Below are positions 31,049 to 43,349 of a stretch of 43,349 nucleotides of DNA, piece after piece. Positions within the stretch are counted from its first letter, which is position 1. Each line of letters starts with the position of its first letter. A program made the translations under genes and the position numbers. The DNA is from Nemertoderma westbladi (Eukaryota; Animalia; Xenacoelomorpha), in the NCBI GenBank assembly GCA_032718475.1, contig JAUCBJ010001230.1, forward strand, positions 1-43,349, in the 5' to 3' direction. The notes below the pieces were generated by a model. It was not told the origin of the DNA. It did not search any database and saw only the letters and a program-made list of their open reading frames with translations.

Positions 31049-32590
31049 TTACTCTTGCTCATAAATCCCCGGAAAAAAATACAGCTTTTTCGTTAATATG
31101 TTACCTTGCTCCCCAATCTGTTTGTGTCCAGACACATCTTTTTCAGCCAGTTTACGATTTATTACTGTTGCCATGCTCGCCATATCCTCTACATGGGCTT
31201 TCTCTGCGATCACTTCTACAAGTACCTTGATATACACTGTCCCCAAGCCGCGCCATGAGACATACCCAGGGGTGGTGGAGAACAGCTTGAGAACGTCGCC
31301 GGATACAGGGATCACTCCTCGGGATGGTGCCGCATCCGTCTCATACATGATCGCCGCTGGACTCTCCTTGTCGGTTAAGGCGACTTTGTTAATACCGGAC
31401 GCCAATGCGTTAACCGAATCGGCGTCACCCCCTTCCATGGGGGGAGTGTCGCGAACTGGCGCCTCTTCCACTCCATCCAATCCATCACCTGGACCGTCCA
31501 GAACGCCGAGGTCTTTATCATCTCCTCTACACGCCTGAATGATAAATATCTTGGGTTTTCCGTTTAGATTTGGACAGTTTTGCCCATCGAAACCATCGAC
31601 CAAATGCTGAACCTCGATAAGATAGCCGTCTGTGGTATAGAAGGCACCATGTACTCCGTGAGACATGATACACACGACCGTGCAATCGTAATCCTTGTGC
31701 TGACGGTTTTCCGCGAATCTCTTAATAAGCCGATGGTAATTAACTGCGTTTAGGTTTCGCTCAAGACTCACAGAGAACCCAAGTGCAACAAACAACTTCT
31801 GCAAATTTACGGCGTCCACATCCGAACCCGACCTACTTGTAAGGTTGCGGTTGCTCGGCAAGAAATCCACGAAATTTATGATCAAACAAAGACCTCTCGG
31901 GTTGCTTTTCATCCTGTAAACTTCTTCAGCGTTATCCATCAGCTGACTGCTTTGTTGGGAAGGCCGTATATTCAGTTCTTCAATAAATCCTTCCCCGTTA
32001 AAGGTAATGTGCCCTGGCACCTCATCCCCGGCGGCTTCGCCTTCGTATTTGGATACTTTGACTGGCTTCGGTATGGCGCCGGCCCTGTCACTCGGTCCCC
32101 CATGGTAAAAGGACTGTGGTTGTCCGGATTGCCTGGATGGGCCAGGGGCGTTACCGGCACCAATATAATTCCGACCAGAAACAGGACCGGGACTCGGTTC
32201 ACGTTGCTGTTGCACCGGTATGCTCGGTGTCCGTAATACATTCCCGGGATGCCTGGATTGGGTCACATCGATCGGGTCACGTCTCCCTCTTCCATTGTCA
32301 AGCAGATCTGCAAGGTCATTGTGAATGTTGCTATCGTCCTGTATTGTTCTAAGAATATCACAAAACGTGACGAAATCTTCCTCGCGCTTCCTCTGTAACA
32401 TGTTGATAATTTTGTAGGTTTGTTTCTGTGTCTCTTCGTCATTAATCGCCTTAATCTCCTGGGCTTGGTACTCAGTTAGTATGCCTTGCTCTTCCAATTT
32501 GATTCGAACATTTACGCTGTCCATGTTTTTCATCAATTCCGTCATATTGGATCGGAGGGCTTTCCTGCTGCTCTCAGTTAATAAAACCAT
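31049..32590 (-). CDS. CARD-containing initiator caspase (caspase-2/9-like), ~513 aa, uninterrupted ORF
   Basis: N-terminal CARD-like helical domain. p20 motifs PRGLCLIIN, RSGSDVDA, IMSHG, GKPKIFIIQACRG. p10 motifs STTPGYVSWR, LTKKLYFFPG. Start placed at the ATG at 32590 (MVLLT), which precedes the CARD; the ORF is open further upstream. Confidence 0.93.
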   Translation of the reverse strand: MVLLTESSRKALRSNMTELMKNMDSVNVRIKLEEQGILTEYQAQEIKAINDEETQKQTYKIINMLQRKREEDFVTFCDILRTIQDDSNIHNDLADLLDNGRGRRDPIDVTQSRHPGNVLRTPSIPVQQQREPSPGPVSGRNYIGAGNAPGPSRQSGQPQSFYHGGPSDRAGAIPKPVKVSKYEGEAAGDEVPGHITFNGEGFIEELNIRPSQQSSQLMDNAEEVYRMKSNPRGLCLIINFVDFLPSNRNLTSRSGSDVDAVNLQKLFVALGFSVSLERNLNAVNYHRLIKRFAENRQHKDYDCTVVCIMSHGVHGAFYTTDGYLIEVQHLVDGFDGQNCPNLNGKPKIFIIQACRGDDKDLGVLDGPGDGLDGVEEAPVRDTPPMEGGDADSVNALASGINKVALTDKESPAAIMYETDAAPSRGVIPVSGDVLKLFSTTPGYVSWRGLGTVYIKVLVEVIAEKAHVEDMASMATVINRKLAEKDVSGHKQIGEQGNILTKKLYFFPGIYEQE

Positions 32591-32859
32591 GTTGATATTT
32601 TGTAGAGTTTTGTTTACAAAAACTATGAACATACACAAGACACTACAGATATGCAGTAGCAGAGGTTCTTCTAAATACCGGCAACCGGTAGGCCTAAGAC
32701 TGTAAGATGTGTTCTATCCAAGGACTACTGAAGCAAGGACTGGCACAGGGTAAATACAGCCTTCGCTAGGGAAGGCCATGTTGTTTATGTTACCAGTAAA
32801 CAGTTTGAATGATAACCCATACACATCCTCGCGTAAAAAATTATGGAGAATCTATTTCT

Positions 32860-33406
32860 TACGGTGGTGATTTCCGGCCATTTACTACTTTTTTAGTATT
32901 TTTTTTTCATTTTTTTCGAAAGCAAGTATTTTTTTCATTTTTTTCGAAAGTAGTTTTTTCACTTTTTTCGAAAGGATTTTTTTCATTTTTTTCAGAAACG
33001 ACCTATTCGTTTACATACAGGGACGTAAACAAAACAATTATGCCTACTACCTGACTGGAACACAGCACTGGCACAGTGAAAAGGGCCTAGTCCCACTGCA
33101 CTGAAATGAAACGAAAAGCCTGAAATTTTTACATAAAGAATGAAACAGATACTTTCGAAAAAAAATGAAAAAAAATACTGTAAGAAAATGAAAAAAATAC
33201 TTTCAAAAAAATTAAAAAAATCCTTACTCTTGAAAAAAATGAAAAAAATACTTACTTTTGAAAAAAATGAAAAAAAAATACTTACTTTCGAAAAAAAAAA
33301 GTACTTACTTTTGAAAATAATGAAAAAAATACTTTCAAAAAATGAAAAAAATACTTACTTTTGAAAAAAATAAAATAGTAGTAAATGGCCGGAAATCACC
33401 ACCGTA
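32860..33406. mobile_element. MITE with TACGG termini and 6-bp TSD (IS3EU-like)
   Basis: 30-bp perfect TIR TACGGTGGTGATTTCCGGCCATTTACTACT. TSD ATTTCT at 32854-32859 and 33407-33412. Mirrored T-rich and A-rich TTTCGAAA subrepeats. Confidence 0.8.
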
Positions 33407-33739
33407 ATTTCTGGGATTACTTTTTCAATTATCTGTTGCTTTCATTAAATGTTTTCAATATTTTTGTGTTTATAAATTTTCGTTATGTCCTTTTGTACTC
33501 ATTCGTTATTGGTCATTCGTGGCCTTATTTCAGTATTTAGTTTCATGTATTATTTTATTATGCAGTTCCAGTTATGTGTTTAAAGATGCACAACAAATTT
33601 CATTAAATTCTATTTACTTTATAGGCCTCTTATTATCAGGTATTTTATATTATCACTTTATTTTAATATCGTACTTTTGATTTCTATCAGGTACCGGTAC
33701 TTTATGGTGTTTTACTTAGAGCGTTGAAGAACTCAGAAG

Positions 33740-36700
33740 TTTGAACGAGGGGTAGGGGATCGCTTGTAACGAGGGGTAGGGGATCGCTTGTAATAAGGGG
33801 TAGGGGATCGCTTGTAACGAGGGGTAGGGGATCGCTTGTAATAAGGGGTAGGGAATCGCTTGTAACGAGGGGTAGGGGATCGCTTGTAACGAGGGGTAGG
33901 GGATCGCTTGTAACGAGGGGTAGGGGATCGCTTGTAACGAGGGGTAGGGGATCGCTTGTAACGAGGGGTAGGGGATTGCTTGTAACGAGGGGTAGGGGAT
34001 CGCTTGTAACGAGGGGTAGGGGATCGCTTGTAACAAGGGGTAGGGGATTGCTTGTAACGAGGGGTAGGGGATCGCTTGTAACGAGGGGTAGGGGATCGCT
34101 TGTAACGAGGGGTAGGGGATTGCTTGTAACAGCCTGTTTTAACGAGGGGTAGGGGATCGCTTGTAACGAGGGGTAGGGGATCGCTTGTAACGAGGGGTAG
34201 GGGATCGCTTGTAACGAGGGGTAGGGGATCGCTTGTAACGAGGGGTATGGGATCGCTTGTAACGAGGGGTAGGGGATTGCTTGTAACAGCCTGTTTTAAC
34301 GAGGGGTAGGGGATCGCTTGTAACGAGGGGTAGGGGATCGCTTGTAACGAGGGGTAGGGGATCGCTTGTAACGAGGGGTAGGGGATTGCTTGTAACAGCC
34401 TGTTTTAACGAGGGGTAGGGGATCGCTTGTAACGAGGGGTAGGGGATCGCTTGTAACGAGGGGTAGGGGATCGCTTGTAACGAGGGGTAGGGGATTGCTT
34501 GTAACAGCCTGTTTTAACGAGGGGTAGGGGATCGCTTGTAACGAGGGGTAGGGGATCGCTTGTAACGAGGGGTAGGGGATCGCTTGTAACGAGGGGTAGG
34601 GGATCGCTTGTAACGAGGGGTAGGGGATCGCTTGTAACGAGGGGTAGGGGATCACTTGTAACGAAGGGTAGGGGATCGCTTGTAACAGCTGTTTTAACGA
34701 GGGGTAGGGGATCGCTTGTAACGAGGGGTAGGGGATCGCTTGTAACGAGTGGTAGGGGATCGCTTGTAACGAAGGGTAGGGGATCGCTTGTAACGAGGGG
34801 TAGGGGATCGCTTGTATCGAGGGGTGGGGATCTCTTGTAACGAGGGGTAGGGGATCGCTTGTAATGAGGGGTAGGGGATCGCTTGTAACGAGGGGTAGGG
34901 GATCGCTTGTAACGAGGGGTAGGGGATCGCTTGTAACGAGGGGTAGGGGATCGCTTTTAACGAGGGGCAGGGGATCCCTTGTAACGAGGGGTAGGGGATC
35001 GCTTGTAACGAGGGGTAGGGGATCCCTTGTAACGAGGGGAGGGGATCGCTTGTAACGAGGGGTAGGGGATCGCTTGTAACAGCTGGTTTTAACGAGGGTT
35101 AGGGGATCGCTTGTAACAGCTGGTTTTAACGAGGGGTAGGGGATCGCTTGTAACAGCCGGTTTTAACGAGGGGTAGGGGATCGCTTTTAACGAGGGGCAG
35201 GGGATCCCTTGTAACGAGGGGTAGGGGATCGCTTGTAACGAGGGGTAGGGGATCTCTTCTAACGAGGGGTAGGGGATCGCTTTTAACGAGGGGCAGGGGA
35301 TCCCTTGTAACGAGGGGTAGGGGATCGCTTGTAACAGCCGGTTTTAACGAGGGGTAGGGGATCGCTTGTAATGAGGGGTAGGGGATCGCTTGTAACGAGG
35401 GGTAGGGGATCGCTTGTAACGAGGGGTAGGGGATCGCTTGTAACGAAGGGTAGGGGATCGCTTTTAACGAGGGGTAGGGGATCGCTTGTAACGAGGGGAG
35501 GGGATCGCTTGTAACAGCCTGTTTAAACGAGGGGTAAGGGGATCGCTTGTAACGAGGGGTAGGGGATCGCTTGTAACGAGGGGAGGGGATCGCTTGTAAC
35601 AGCCTGTTTAAACGAGGGGTAAGGGGATCGCTTGTAACGAGGGGTAGGGGATCGCTTGTAATGAGGGGTAGGGGATCGCTTGTAACGAAGGGTAGGGGAT
35701 CGCTTGTAACAGCTGTTTTAACGAGGGGGAGGGGATCGCTTATAACAGCTGTTTTAACGAGGGGTAGGGGATCGCTTGTAACAGCTGTTTTAACGAGGGG
35801 TAGGGGATCGCTTGTAACAGCTGTTTTAACGAAGGGTAGGGGATCGCTTGTAACAGCTGTTTTAACGAGGTGTAGGGGATCGCTTGTAACAGCTGTTTTA
35901 ACGAGGGGTAGGGGATCGCTTGTAACAGCTGTTTTAACGAGGGGTAGGGGATCGCTTGTAACGAGGGGAGGGGATCGCTTGTAACAGCCTGTTTGAACGC
36001 GGGGTGGGGATTGCTTGTAACAGCTGTTTTAACGAGGGGTAGGGGATCGCTTGTAACGAGGGGTGGGGGATCGCTTGTAACAGCCTGTTTGAACGAGGGG
36101 TAGGGGATCGCTTGTAACGAGGGGTAGGGGATCGCTTGTAACGAGGGGTAGGGGATCGCTTGTAACAGCTGTTTTAACGAAGGGTAGGGGATCGCTTGTA
36201 ACGAGGGGTAGGGGATCGCTTGTAACGAGGGGTAGGGGATCGCTTGTAACGAAGGGTAGGGGATCGCTTGTAACAGCTGTTTTAACGAGGGGTAGGGGAT
36301 CGCTTATAACAGCTGTTTTAACGAGGGGTAGGGGATCGCTTGTAACAGCTGTTTTAACGAGGGGTAGGGGATCGCTTGTAACAAGGGGTAGGGGATCGCT
36401 TATAACAGCCTGTTTTAACGAGGGGTAGGGGATCGCTTGTAACAGCTGTTTTAATGAAGGGTAGGGGATTGCTTGTAACGAGGGGTAGGGGATCGCTTGT
36501 AACAAGGGGCAGGGGATCGCTTGTAACGAGGGGTAGGGGATCGCTTGTAACAGCCTGTTTGAACGAGGGGTAGGGGATCGCTTGTAACGAGGGGTAGGGG
36601 ATCGCTTGTAACGAGGGGTAGGGGATCGCTTGTAACAGCTGTTTTAACGAGGGGTAGGGGATCGCTTGTAACGAGGGGTAGGGGATCGCTTGTAACAGCT

Positions 36701-39700
36701 GTTTTAACGAGGGGTAGGGGATCGCTTGTAACGAGGGGTAGGGGATCGCTTGTAACGAGGGGTAGGGGATCGCTTGTAACGAGGGGTAGGGGATCGCTTG
36801 TAACAAGGGGCAGGGGATCGCTTGTAACGAGGGGTAGGGGATCGCTTGTAACAGCCTGTTTGAACGAGGGGTAGGGGATCACTTGTAACGAGGTGTAGGG
36901 GATCGCTTGTAACGAGGGGTAGGGGATCGCTTGTAACAGCTGTTTTAACGAGGGGTAGGGGATCGCTTGTAACGAGTGGTAGGGGATCGCTTGTAACGAG
37001 GGGTAGGGGATCGCTTGTAATGAGTGGTAGGGGATCGCTTGTAACGAGGGGTAGGGGATCGCTTGTAACGAGGGGTAGGGGATCGCTTGTAACGAGGGGT
37101 AGGGGATCGCTTGTAACGAGGGGTAGGGGATCGCTTGTAACGAGGGGTAGGGGATCGCTTGTAACGAAGGGTAGGGGATCGCTTGTAACAGCTGTTTTAA
37201 CGAAGGGTAGGGGATCGCTTGTAACGAGGGGTAGGGGATCGCTTGTAACAGCCTGTTTGAACGCGGGGTAGGGAATCGCTTGTAACGAGGGGTAGGGGAT
37301 CGCTTGTAACGAGGGGTAGGGGATCGCTTGTATCAGCTGTTTTAACGAGGGGTAGGGGATCGCTTGTAACGAGGGGTAGGGGATCGCTTGTAACAGCTGT
37401 TTTAACGAGGGGTAGGGGATCGCTTGTAACGAGGGGTACGGGATCGCTTGTAACGAGGGGTGGGGGATCGCTTGTAACAGCTGTTTTAACGAGGGGTAGG
37501 GGATCGCTTGTAACGAGGGGTAGGGGATCGCTTGTAATGAGGGGCGGGGGATCGCTTGTAACGAGGGGTAGGGGATCGCTTGTAACAGCTGTTTTAACGA
37601 GGGGTAGGGGATCGCTTGTAACGAGGGGTAGGGGATCGCTTGTAACGAGGGGTAGGGGATCGCTTGTAACGAGGGGTAGGGGATCGCTTGTAACGAGGGG
37701 TAGGGGATCGCTTGTAACGAGGGGCGGGGGATCGCTTGTAACGAGGGGTAGGGGATCGCTTGTAACAGCTGTTTTAACGAGGGGTAGGGGATCGCTTGTA
37801 ACGAGGGGTAGGGGATCGCTTGTAACAGCTGTTTTAACGAGGGGTAGGGGATCGCTTGTAACGAGGGGTAGGGGATCGCTTGTAACGAGGGGTGGGGGAT
37901 CGCTTGTAACAGCTGGTTTAACGAGGGGTAGGGGATCGCTTGTAACAGCTGTTTTAACGAGGGGTAGGGGGTTGCTTGTAACAGCTGTTTTAAGGAGGGG
38001 TAGGGGATCGCTTGTAACAGCCTGTTTGAACGAGGGGTGGGGGATCGCTTGTAACAGCTGTTTTAACGAGGGGTAGGGGGTTGCTTGTATCAGCTGTTTT
38101 AACGAGGGGTAGGGGATCGCTTGTAACAGCTGTTTTAACGAGGGGTAAGGGGTTGCTTGTAACAGCTGTTTTAACGAGGGGTAGGGGATCGCTTGTAACA
38201 GCTGTTTTAACGAGGGGTAGGGGATCGCTTGTAACAGCTGTTTTAACGAGGGGTAGGGGATCGCTTGTAACAGCTGTTTTAACGAGGGGTAGGGGATCGC
38301 TTGTAACAGCTGTTTTAACGAGGGGTAAGGGGTTGCTTGTAACAGCTGTTTTAAGGAGGGGTAGGGGATCGCTTGTAACAGCCTGTTTGAACGAGGGGTG
38401 GGGGATCGCTTGTAACGAGGGGTAGGGGATCCCTTGTAACGAGGGGTAGGGGATCTCTTGTAACGAGGGGTAGGGGATCGCTTGTAACAGCTGTTTTAAC
38501 GAGGGGTGGGGGATCGCTTGTAACAGCTGTTTTAACGAGGGGTAAGGGGTTGCTTGTAACAGCTGTTTTAAGGAGGGGTAGGGGATCGCTTGTAACAGCC
38601 TGTTTGAACGAGGGGTGGGGGATCGCTTGTAACAGCTGTTTTAACGAGGGGTAGGGGATCGCTTGTAACAGCTGTTTTAAGGAGGGGTAGGGGATCGCTT
38701 GTAACAGCCTGTTTGAACGAGGGGTGGGGGATCGCTTGTAACAGCTGTTTTAACGAGGGGTAGGGGATCGCTTGTAACAGCTGTTTTAAGGAGGGGTAGG
38801 GGATCGCTTGTAACAGCCTGTTTGAACGAGGTGTAGGGGATCGCTTGTATCAAGGGGTAGGGGATCGCTTGTAACAGCTGTTTTAAGGAGGGGTAGGGGA
38901 TCGCTTGTAACAGCTGTTTTAAGGAGGGGTAGGGGATCGCTTGTAACAGCCTGTTTGAACGAGGTGTAGGGGATCGCTTGTATCGAGGGGTAGGGGATCG
39001 CTTGTAACAGCCTGTTTGAACGAGGTGTAGGGGATCGCTTGTAACAGCCTGTTTTAACGAGGGGTAGGGGATCGCTTGTAACGAGGGGTAGGGGATCGCT
39101 TGTAACAGCTGTTTTAACGAGGGGTAGGGGATCGCTTGTAACGAGGGGTAGGGGATTGCTTGTAACGAGGGGTAGGGGATCGCTTGTAACGAGGGGTAGG
39201 GGATCGCTTGTAACGAGGGGTAGGGGATCGCTTGTAACGAGGGGTAGGGGATCGCTTGTAACAGCTGTTTTAAGAGGGGTAGGGGATCGCTTGTAACAGC
39301 TGTTTTAATGAGGGGTAGGGGATTGCTTGTAACGAGGGGTAGGGGATCGCTTGTAACGAGGGGTAGGGGATCGCTTGTATCGAGGGGTAGGGGATCGCTT
39401 GTAACAGCTGTTTTAACGAGGGGTAGGGGATCGCTTGTAACGAGGGGTAGGGGATCGCTTGTAACGAGGGGTAGGGGATCGCTTGTAACGAGGGGTAGGG
39501 GATCGCTTGTAACGAGGGGTAGGGGATCGCTTGTAACGAGGGGTAGGGGATCGCTTGTAACGAGGGGTAGGGGATCGCTTGTAACGAAGGGTAGGGGATC
39601 GGTTGTAACAGCTGTTTTAACGAGGGGTAGGGGATCGCTTGTAACAGCTGTTTTAACGAGGGGTAGGGGATCGCTTGTAACGAGGGGTAGGGGATCGCTT

Positions 39701-42700
39701 GTAACGAGGGGTAGGGGATCGCTTGTAACGAGGGGTAGGGGATCGCTTGTAACGAGGGGTAGGGGATCGCTTGTAACAAGGGGTAGGGGATCGCTTGTAA
39801 TGAGGGGTAGGGGATCGCTTGTAACGAGGGGTAGGGGATTGCTTGTAACGAGGGGTAGGGGATCGCTTGTAACGAGGGGTAGGGGATCGCTTGTAACGAG
39901 GGGTAGGGGATCGCTTGTAACAGCCTGTTTTAACGAGGGGTAGGGGATCGCTTGTAACGAGGGGTAGGGGATCGCTTGTAACGAGGGGTAGGGGATCGCT
40001 TGTAACGAGGGGTAGGGGATCGCTTGTAACGAGGGGTAGGGGATCGCTTGTAACGAGGGGTAGGGGATCGCTTGTAACGAGGGGTAGGGGATCGCTTGTA
40101 ACGAGGGGTAGGGGATCGCTTGTAACGAGGGGTAGGGGATCGCTTGTAACAGGTGTTTTAACGAGGGTAGGGGATCGCTTGTAACGAGGGGTAGGGGATC
40201 GCTTGTAACGAGGGGTAGGGGATCGCTTGTAACGAGTGGTAGGGGATCGCTTGTAACGAGGGGTAGGGGATCGCTTGTAACGAGGGGTAGGGGATCGCTT
40301 GTAACGAGGGGTAGGGGATCGCTTGTAACAGTGTTTTAACGAGGGTAGGGGATCGCTTGTAACGAGGGGTAGGGGATCGCTTGTAACGAGGGGTAGGGGA
40401 TCGCTTGTAACGAGGGGTAGGGGATCGCTTGTAACGAGGGGTAGGGGATCGCTTGTAACGAGGGGTAGGGGATCGCTTGTAACGAGGGGTAGGGGATCGC
40501 TTGTAACGAGGGGTAGGGGATCGCTTGTAACAGCTGTTTTAACGAGGGTAGGGGATCGCTTGTAACGAGGGGTAGGGGATCGCTTGTAACGAGGGGTAGG
40601 GGATCGCTTGTATCGAGGGGTAGGGGATCGCTTGTAACAGCCTGTTTTAACGAGGGGTAGGGGATCGCTTGTAACGAGGGGTAGGGGATCGCTTGTAACG
40701 AGGGGTAGGGGATCGCTTGTAACGAGGGGTAGGGGATCGCTTGTAACGAGGGGTAGGGGATCGCTTGTAACGAGGGGTAGGGGATCGCTTGTAACGAGGG
40801 GTAGGGGATCGCTTGTAACGAGGGGTAGGGGATCGCTTGTAACGAGGGGTAGGGGATCGCTTGTAACGAGGGGTAGGGGATCGCTTGTAACGAGGGGTAG
40901 GGGATCGCTTGTAACGAAGGGGTAGGGGATCGCTTGTAACAGCTGTTTTAACGAGGGGTAGGGGATCGCTTGTAACGAGGGGTAGGGGATCGCTTGTAAC
41001 AGCCTGTTGTAACGAGGGGTAGGGGATCGCTTGTAACGAGGGGTAGGGGATCGCTTGTAACGAGGGGTAGGGGATCGCTTGTAACAGCCTGTTTTAACGA
41101 GGGGTAGGGGATCGCTTGTAACGAGGGGTAGGGGATCGCTTGTAACGAGGGGTAGGGGATCGCTTGTAACGAGGGGTAGGGGATCGCTTGTAACGAGGGG
41201 TAGGGGATCGCTTGTAACGAGGGGTAGGGGATCGCTTGTAACGAGGGGTAGGGGATCGCTTGTAACGAGGGGTAGGGGATCGCTTGTAACAGGGGTAGGG
41301 GATCGCTTGTAACGAGGGGTAGGGGATCGCTTGTAACGAGGGGTAGGGGATGCTTGTAACGAAGGGTAGGGGATCGCTTGTAACGAGGGGTAGGGGATCG
41401 CTTGTAACGAGGGGTAGGGGATCGCTTGTAACAGCCTGTTTTAACGAGGGGTAGGGGATCGCTTGTAACGAGGGGTAGGGGATCGCTTGTAACGAGGGGT
41501 AGGGGATCGCTTGTAACGAGGGGAGGGGATCGCTTGTAACAGCCTGTAACGGGGGTAGGGGATCGCTTGTAACGAGGGGTAGGGGATCGCTTGTAACGAG
41601 GGGTAGGGGATCGCTTGTAACGAGGGGTAGGGGATCGCTTGTAACAGCCTGTTTTAACGAGGGGTAGGGGATCGCTTGTAACGAGGGGTAGGGGATCGCT
41701 TGTAACGAGGGGTAGGGGATCGCTTGTAACAGCTGTTTTAACGAGGGGTAGGGGATCGCTTGTAACGAGGGGTAGGGGATCGCTTGTAACGAGGGGTAGG
41801 GGATCGCTTGTAACGAGGGGTAGGGGATCGCTTGTAACAGCTGTTTTAACGAGGGGTAGGGGATCGCTTGTAACAGCTGTTTTAACGAGGGGTAGGGGAT
41901 CGCTTGTAACGAGGGGTAGGGGATCGCTTGTAACGAGGGGTAGGGGATCGCTTGTAACGAGGGGTAGGGGATCGCTTGTAACAGCTGTTTTAACGAGGGG
42001 TAGGGGATCGCTTGTAACGAGGGGTAGGGGATCGCTTGTAACGAGGGGTAGGGGATCGCTTGTAACGAGGGGTAGGGGATCGCTTGTAACGAGGGGTAGG
42101 GGATCGCTTGTAACGAGGGGTAGGGGATCGCTTGTAACGAGGGGTAGGGGATCGCTTGTAACGAGGGGTAGGGGATCGCTTGTAACGAGGGGTAGGGGAT
42201 CGCTTGTAACAGCTGTTTTAACGAGGGGTAGGGGATCGCTTGTAACAGCTGTTTTAACGAGGGGTAGGGGATCGCTTGTAACGAGGGGTAGGGGATCGCT
42301 TGTAACGAGGGGTAGGGGATCGCTTGTAACGAGGGGTAGGGGATCGCTTGTAACGAGGGGTAGGGGATCGCTTGTAACGAGGGGTAGGGGATCGCTTGTA
42401 ACAGCTGTTTTAACGAGGGGTAGGGGATCGCTTGTAACAGCTGTTTTAACGAAGGGTAGGGGATCGCTTGTAACGAGGGGTAGGGGATCGCTTGTAACAG
42501 CTGTTTAACGAGGGGTAGGGGATCGCTTGTAACGAGGGGTAGGGGATCGCTTGTAACGAGGGGTAGGGGATCGCTTGTAACAGCTGTTTTAACGAGGGGT
42601 AGGGGATCGCTTGTAACGAGGGGTAGGGGATCGCTTGTAACGAGGGGTAGGGGATCGCTTGTAACGAGGGGTAGGGGATCGCTTGTAACGAGGGGTAGGG

Positions 42701-43349
42701 GATCGCTTGTAACGAGGGGTAGGGGATCGCTTGTAACAGCTGTTTTAACGAAGGGTAGGGGATCGCTTGTAACGAGGGGTAGGGGATCGCTTGTAACGAG
42801 GGGTAGGGATCGCTTGTAACGAGGGGTAGGGGATCGCTTGTAACGAGGGGTAGGGGATCGCTTGTAACGAGGGGTAGGGGATCGCTTGTAACAGCCTGTT
42901 TTAACGAGGGGTAGGGGATCGCTTGTAACGAGGGGTAGGGGATCGCTTGTAACGAGGGGTAGGGGATCGCTTGTATCGAGGGGTAGGGGATCGCTTGTAA
43001 CAGCTGTTTTAACGAGGGGTAGGGGATCGCTTGTAACGAGGGGTAGGGGATCGCTTGTAACGAGGGGTAGGGGATCGCTTGTAACGAGGGGTAGGGGATC
43101 GCTTGTAACGAGGGGTAGGGGATCGCTTGTAACGAAGGGGTAGGGGATCGCTTGTAACGAGGGGTAGGGGATCGCTTGTAACGAGGGGTAGGGATGCTTG
43201 TAACGAGGGGTAGGGGATCGCTTGTAACGAGGGGTAGGGGATCGCTTGTAACGAGGGGTAGGGGATCGCTTGTAACAGCTGTTTTAACGAGGGGTAGGGG
43301 ATCGCTTGTAACAGCCTGTTTTAACGAGGGGTAGGGGATCGCTTGTAAC
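33740..43349 (+). repeat. 24-bp G-rich satellite (AACGAGGGGTAGGGGATCGCTTGT) with optional 12- or 13-bp modules, >9.6 kb, runs off the window
   Basis: Continuous array with interspersed AACAGCTGTTTT or AACAGCCTGTTTT insertions. Confidence 0.97.

Noticed and set aside
32591-32638. 16-aa N-terminal extension of the caspase in the ORF track
   Set aside because: It starts at a non-ATG codon in AT-rich UTR-like sequence. The CARD begins at the ATG at 32590, though an upstream in-frame ATG cannot be strictly excluded.
33716-39943. LQAIPYPS and RGRGSLVT repeat ORFs
   Set aside because: These are translations of the 24-bp satellite, broken at random by the 13-bp modules.

Overview
This is repeat-rich invertebrate animal DNA, not prokaryotic. 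It holds two intact, convergent genes whose coding regions have no introns: an MCC (colorectal mutant cancer protein) orthologue at 14299-16386 (+) and a CARD-containing caspase-2/9-like initiator caspase at 31049-32590 (-). The first 14 kb is a nest of decayed mobile elements whose ends and target-site duplications (TSDs) can still be read: foldback/MULE-like, hAT, a broken pogo-type transposase, RTE-like LINE ends and a tRNA-derived SINE. Satellites with 23-, 29-, ~53- and 24-bp units fill much of the rest; the 24-bp array is 9.6 kb long and runs off the window end. Four observations stand out. (1) A ~399-bp retrozyme-like unit fuses a tRNA-derived Pol III promoter directly to a minimal hammerhead ribozyme, in an inverted-plus-tandem arrangement. 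(2) At least 15 scars of the form 5-bp duplication + CAG/CTG + same 5 bp match an intact CAG...CTG element with a 5-bp AC-starting TSD. (3) A fixed-spacing bipartite motif recurs inside unrelated non-autonomous transposons. (4) The terminal G-rich 24-bp satellite may be telomere-associated. All calls were made by eye; no database searches were run.
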